Source: Octopus sinensis
Lineage: Eukaryota
Direction of reading: 5' to 3'
NCBI RefSeq assembly: GCF_006345805.1
Contig: NW_021827015.1
Span: 1 to 11,271, forward strand
Length of the DNA: 11,271 bases
The translations under genes were made by a program, and so were the position numbers. Below the pieces are notes generated by a model, which was given only the letters and a program-made list of their open reading frames with translations, searched no databases and was not told the DNA's origin. Of the stretch, positions 8,708 to 11,271 are shown piece by piece. Numbering within the stretch: position 1 is the stretch's first letter; each line of letters opens with the position of its first letter.

Positions 8708-9094
8708 GATGACGATGATGATTACGATGATGTTAATGAAGAAGGTGAAGATGATGATGATGAGGATGATATTGATGATTATGAGGATGAAGTTGATGAT
8801 GATGATGATGATGATGATGGAGTTGATGATGATGATGATGATGATGGTGGTGATGATGAAGATAATGATGATGATGACGATGATTTTGATGATGATGATT
8901 ATGATGGAGATGATGATGATGATGAAGAGGATGATGATGATGATGATGATTATTATGAAGATGATGACGATGATGACGATGATGGAGTTGATGATGATGA
9001 TTATGATGGAAATGATGATGATGAAGTTGATGATGATGATATTAATGATGATTGTGATGATGATTATGATAATGATGATGATGATGATTATGAC
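8708..9094. repeat. (GAT)n microsatellite, degenerate
   Basis: Directly visible; gives the poly-D/M/I ORFs. Confidence 0.95.
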
Positions 9095-9103
9095 GAAGTC
9101 GAC

Positions 9104-9247
9104 GACGGTGGCGACGGCAACGACGGTGGCGACGGCAACGACGGTGGCGACGGCAACGACGGTGGCGACGGCAACGACGGTGGCGACGGCAACGACGGTG
9201 GCGACGGCAACGACGGTGGCGACGGCAACGACGGTGGCGACGGCAAC
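9104..9247. repeat. Minisatellite, 8 perfect copies of GACGGTGGCGACGGCAAC (18 bp)
   Basis: Counted unit by unit; consistent with (DGGDGN)x8 in the ORF track. Confidence 0.97.
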
Positions 9248-9467
9248 GCCGGCGCCGTTTGTTGTGATGTATAACCACAAAAGAAGATGCAATCTTTAAC
9301 CAATTCTGTCCTTTAAAGGCGTGAAAAATCCATCAGAAAAGAAGAAACGAAAGCCGAAAGGAAGCAAAAACAAAAGCAACATATACAAAAAATACAAAAA
9401 TAAATTAAAATAAGAAAAAGTACAAACAGGCAAATCAAAGAAATCACAGAGAGACAGAGTCATCTAT

Positions 9468-10095
9468 CACAACAACAACAACTACAACAACAACAGCAAC
9501 AACACGTGTGACAGGAACAACATGAGCAGCAACAACTGGAACAGGAATAATAATACCACTAACAACAACTACGCTACGACCACCACTAACGACAACAACA
9601 GATGGAAACTTGAAGAACGGTAACACGAACAACAACAACGGCAGGAACAGCAATGAGAACAAATGTAGCAGCAGCAACAACAATAATGAGTACAAGAACA
9701 GCGGGAAAACAATGGCAACAACAACAACAACAGCAACAGCAGTAGCAGTATCATGAACAATATTAAAAAAAAACAGAAAGCGGCAGCAGGAACAATAAAA
9801 TTAACCACAACATCCATAATAACAACAACATTCCCAACAACGCGAGCAGTAAAGTGAACATCAATACCGAGTGTCACAACAGCAACAACAAATAAGAGTA
9901 ACAATTATAGCAACATTTGCAACGGTAATAATAAGAGTGATAACAATAATACCAACAACAACAACAACAATAATAATAATAATAATAATAATGATGATAA
10001 TATTAACAGTAATGCTGAAAATAAATAAAAATAATTCCAGTAGTAATAACAACGATAATAAAGAAATAATAATAATAATAATGATAATAATAATG

Positions 10096-10153
<58 letters not shown>

Positions 10154-10155
10154 AA

Positions 10156-10190
<35 letters not shown>

Positions 10191-10264
10191 CATGAAAATA
10201 AATAAAAATAATTCCAGTAGTAATAAACAACAATAATAATAAAGAAATAATGATAATAATAATG

Positions 10265-10304
<40 letters not shown>

Positions 10305-10330
10305 TGATGATGATAATAATAGTTGTAGTA
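9468..10330. repeat. Degenerate (ACA/GCA)n region grading into (TAA/TGA)n, with an internal ~177-bp duplication
   Basis: Directly visible; 34-bp identical anchor at 10016-10049 and 10193-10226. Confidence 0.9.
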
Positions 10331-10559
10331 TTGATAACAATAAGAGCAACAAGTAAATGATGAAGGAGAGAGATAATAAAAATAAAGAGAAGAGCGTAAA
10401 ATGGCAAGAGATGAAAACAATTCGAAAATAACAATATTAACGGCAACAACAATAGCAATAAGAACAACAACACCAAAGACAGCATGTAAAAATTATTGAT
10501 GGAATCTGAAATCTGAGTAAAAGTTGCGTATTACAGCGAGCGGGTTTGTGGAGTGGTTT

Positions 10560-11271
10560 GGGACGAAGGGCAAGCGGCGGATGCGGATGCGGATTCGAAG
10601 TGTGGCGGCGGTGTGGTGGTGGTGGTGGTGGGGGAGGTGCTGGAGTGGAGATGGTGGGGATGGGATGGCGGGCGGGCGGGCAGGCGAGCAGAAGGGAAGT
10701 GATGGTGGTGGTGGTGTTGGAGCGGAGACGTGGAGATGGGCTGGCGGGTAGGCGAGCAGAAGGGAAGTGATGGTGGTGATGATGAAGAGGCGGTGGTGCT
10801 GGATTGGAGAAGGTGGGGATGGGATGGCGGGCAGAAGGAAAGTGGTGGTGGTACGGAAGTGATGATGGTGATGCTGAAGAGGCGGTGCTGGTGGTTACAA
10901 GAAGGGGCGGCGTCGGAGTGGTAGGAAGTGGTGGCGGGGAAAAGCGGTGGCCAAGAGGGATGATCGAAACAGCACCAGGGTGGATGATGAGGCGGGGTTT
11001 TAAAACGGCGATGGTGACAAACGGTGGTGTTGGCAAACACCGGTGTTCGTGGAGGTGGCGGCACGAATTGTAAGTGGTGGTTGGGTGTAGGGCTTGGAGG
11101 AATGAGGCGGATGCGTGTGTGGAAGGGGTGGTGGTGAGAGGAGTGTGTGGAGGAGGCGGAATGGAAACGGTGGAAGGGCGGCGGTGGTGGAAGATCGAGG
11201 CGTTGATGGATGAGGATGATGGTAAAACGACTTCGTGGCCGAAGCGGTGGTGGTTGGAGATGAGGGCGGGA
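10560..11271. repeat. G-rich, strand-asymmetric low-complexity region with mosaic tandem duplications
   Basis: GGT/GGA/GGC-rich top strand; 38-bp block at 10636-10673 and 10795-10832 (36/38 identical); 29-bp block at 10682-10710 and 10750-10778 (identical). Confidence 0.8.

Noticed and set aside
9104-9247. CRISPR-like regular repeat
   Set aside because: Units are contiguous with no spacers, no cas genes are present, and the context is eukaryotic.
10437-11073. Pro/His-rich or Gly/Trp-rich ORFs in the G-rich end
   Set aside because: Open in several frames on both strands because of low complexity; no recognisable family.
10560-11271. Telomeric or subtelomeric repeat
   Set aside because: No TTAGGG-type tandem units seen.

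Overview
Eukaryotic, gene-free, repeat-saturated window with no host protein-coding gene, tRNA gene, rRNA or CRISPR. The SINE families and microsatellite load look like an octopus/coleoid cephalopod genome; this is my recognition and is not database-verified. Nearly all listed ORFs are microsatellite read-throughs. The real content is: (i) four tRNA-type SINE copies from three families plus one orphan SINE tail; (ii) a 5'-truncated Tx1/L1-clade LINE (ORF2 C-terminus with CCHC knuckle, plus 3' UTR) inside a (TATC)n array; (iii) an R4/Dong-clade RT fragment that starts at a (TAA)n array and is split by a SINE, plus a second older R4/Dong RT remnant; (iv) a decayed Penelope-like GIY-YIG remnant next to an inverted hammerhead-like motif; (v) long (TA)n, (TTA)n, (GTA)n, (TATC)n, (GAT)n and (TAA)n arrays, a perfect 18-bp CpG-rich minisatellite and a G-rich mosaic repeat. 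Best leads: the Tx1 3' end is shared with a SINE family present twice in the window (candidate Tx1-SINE partnership), and the Tx1 may target (TATC)n microsatellites.
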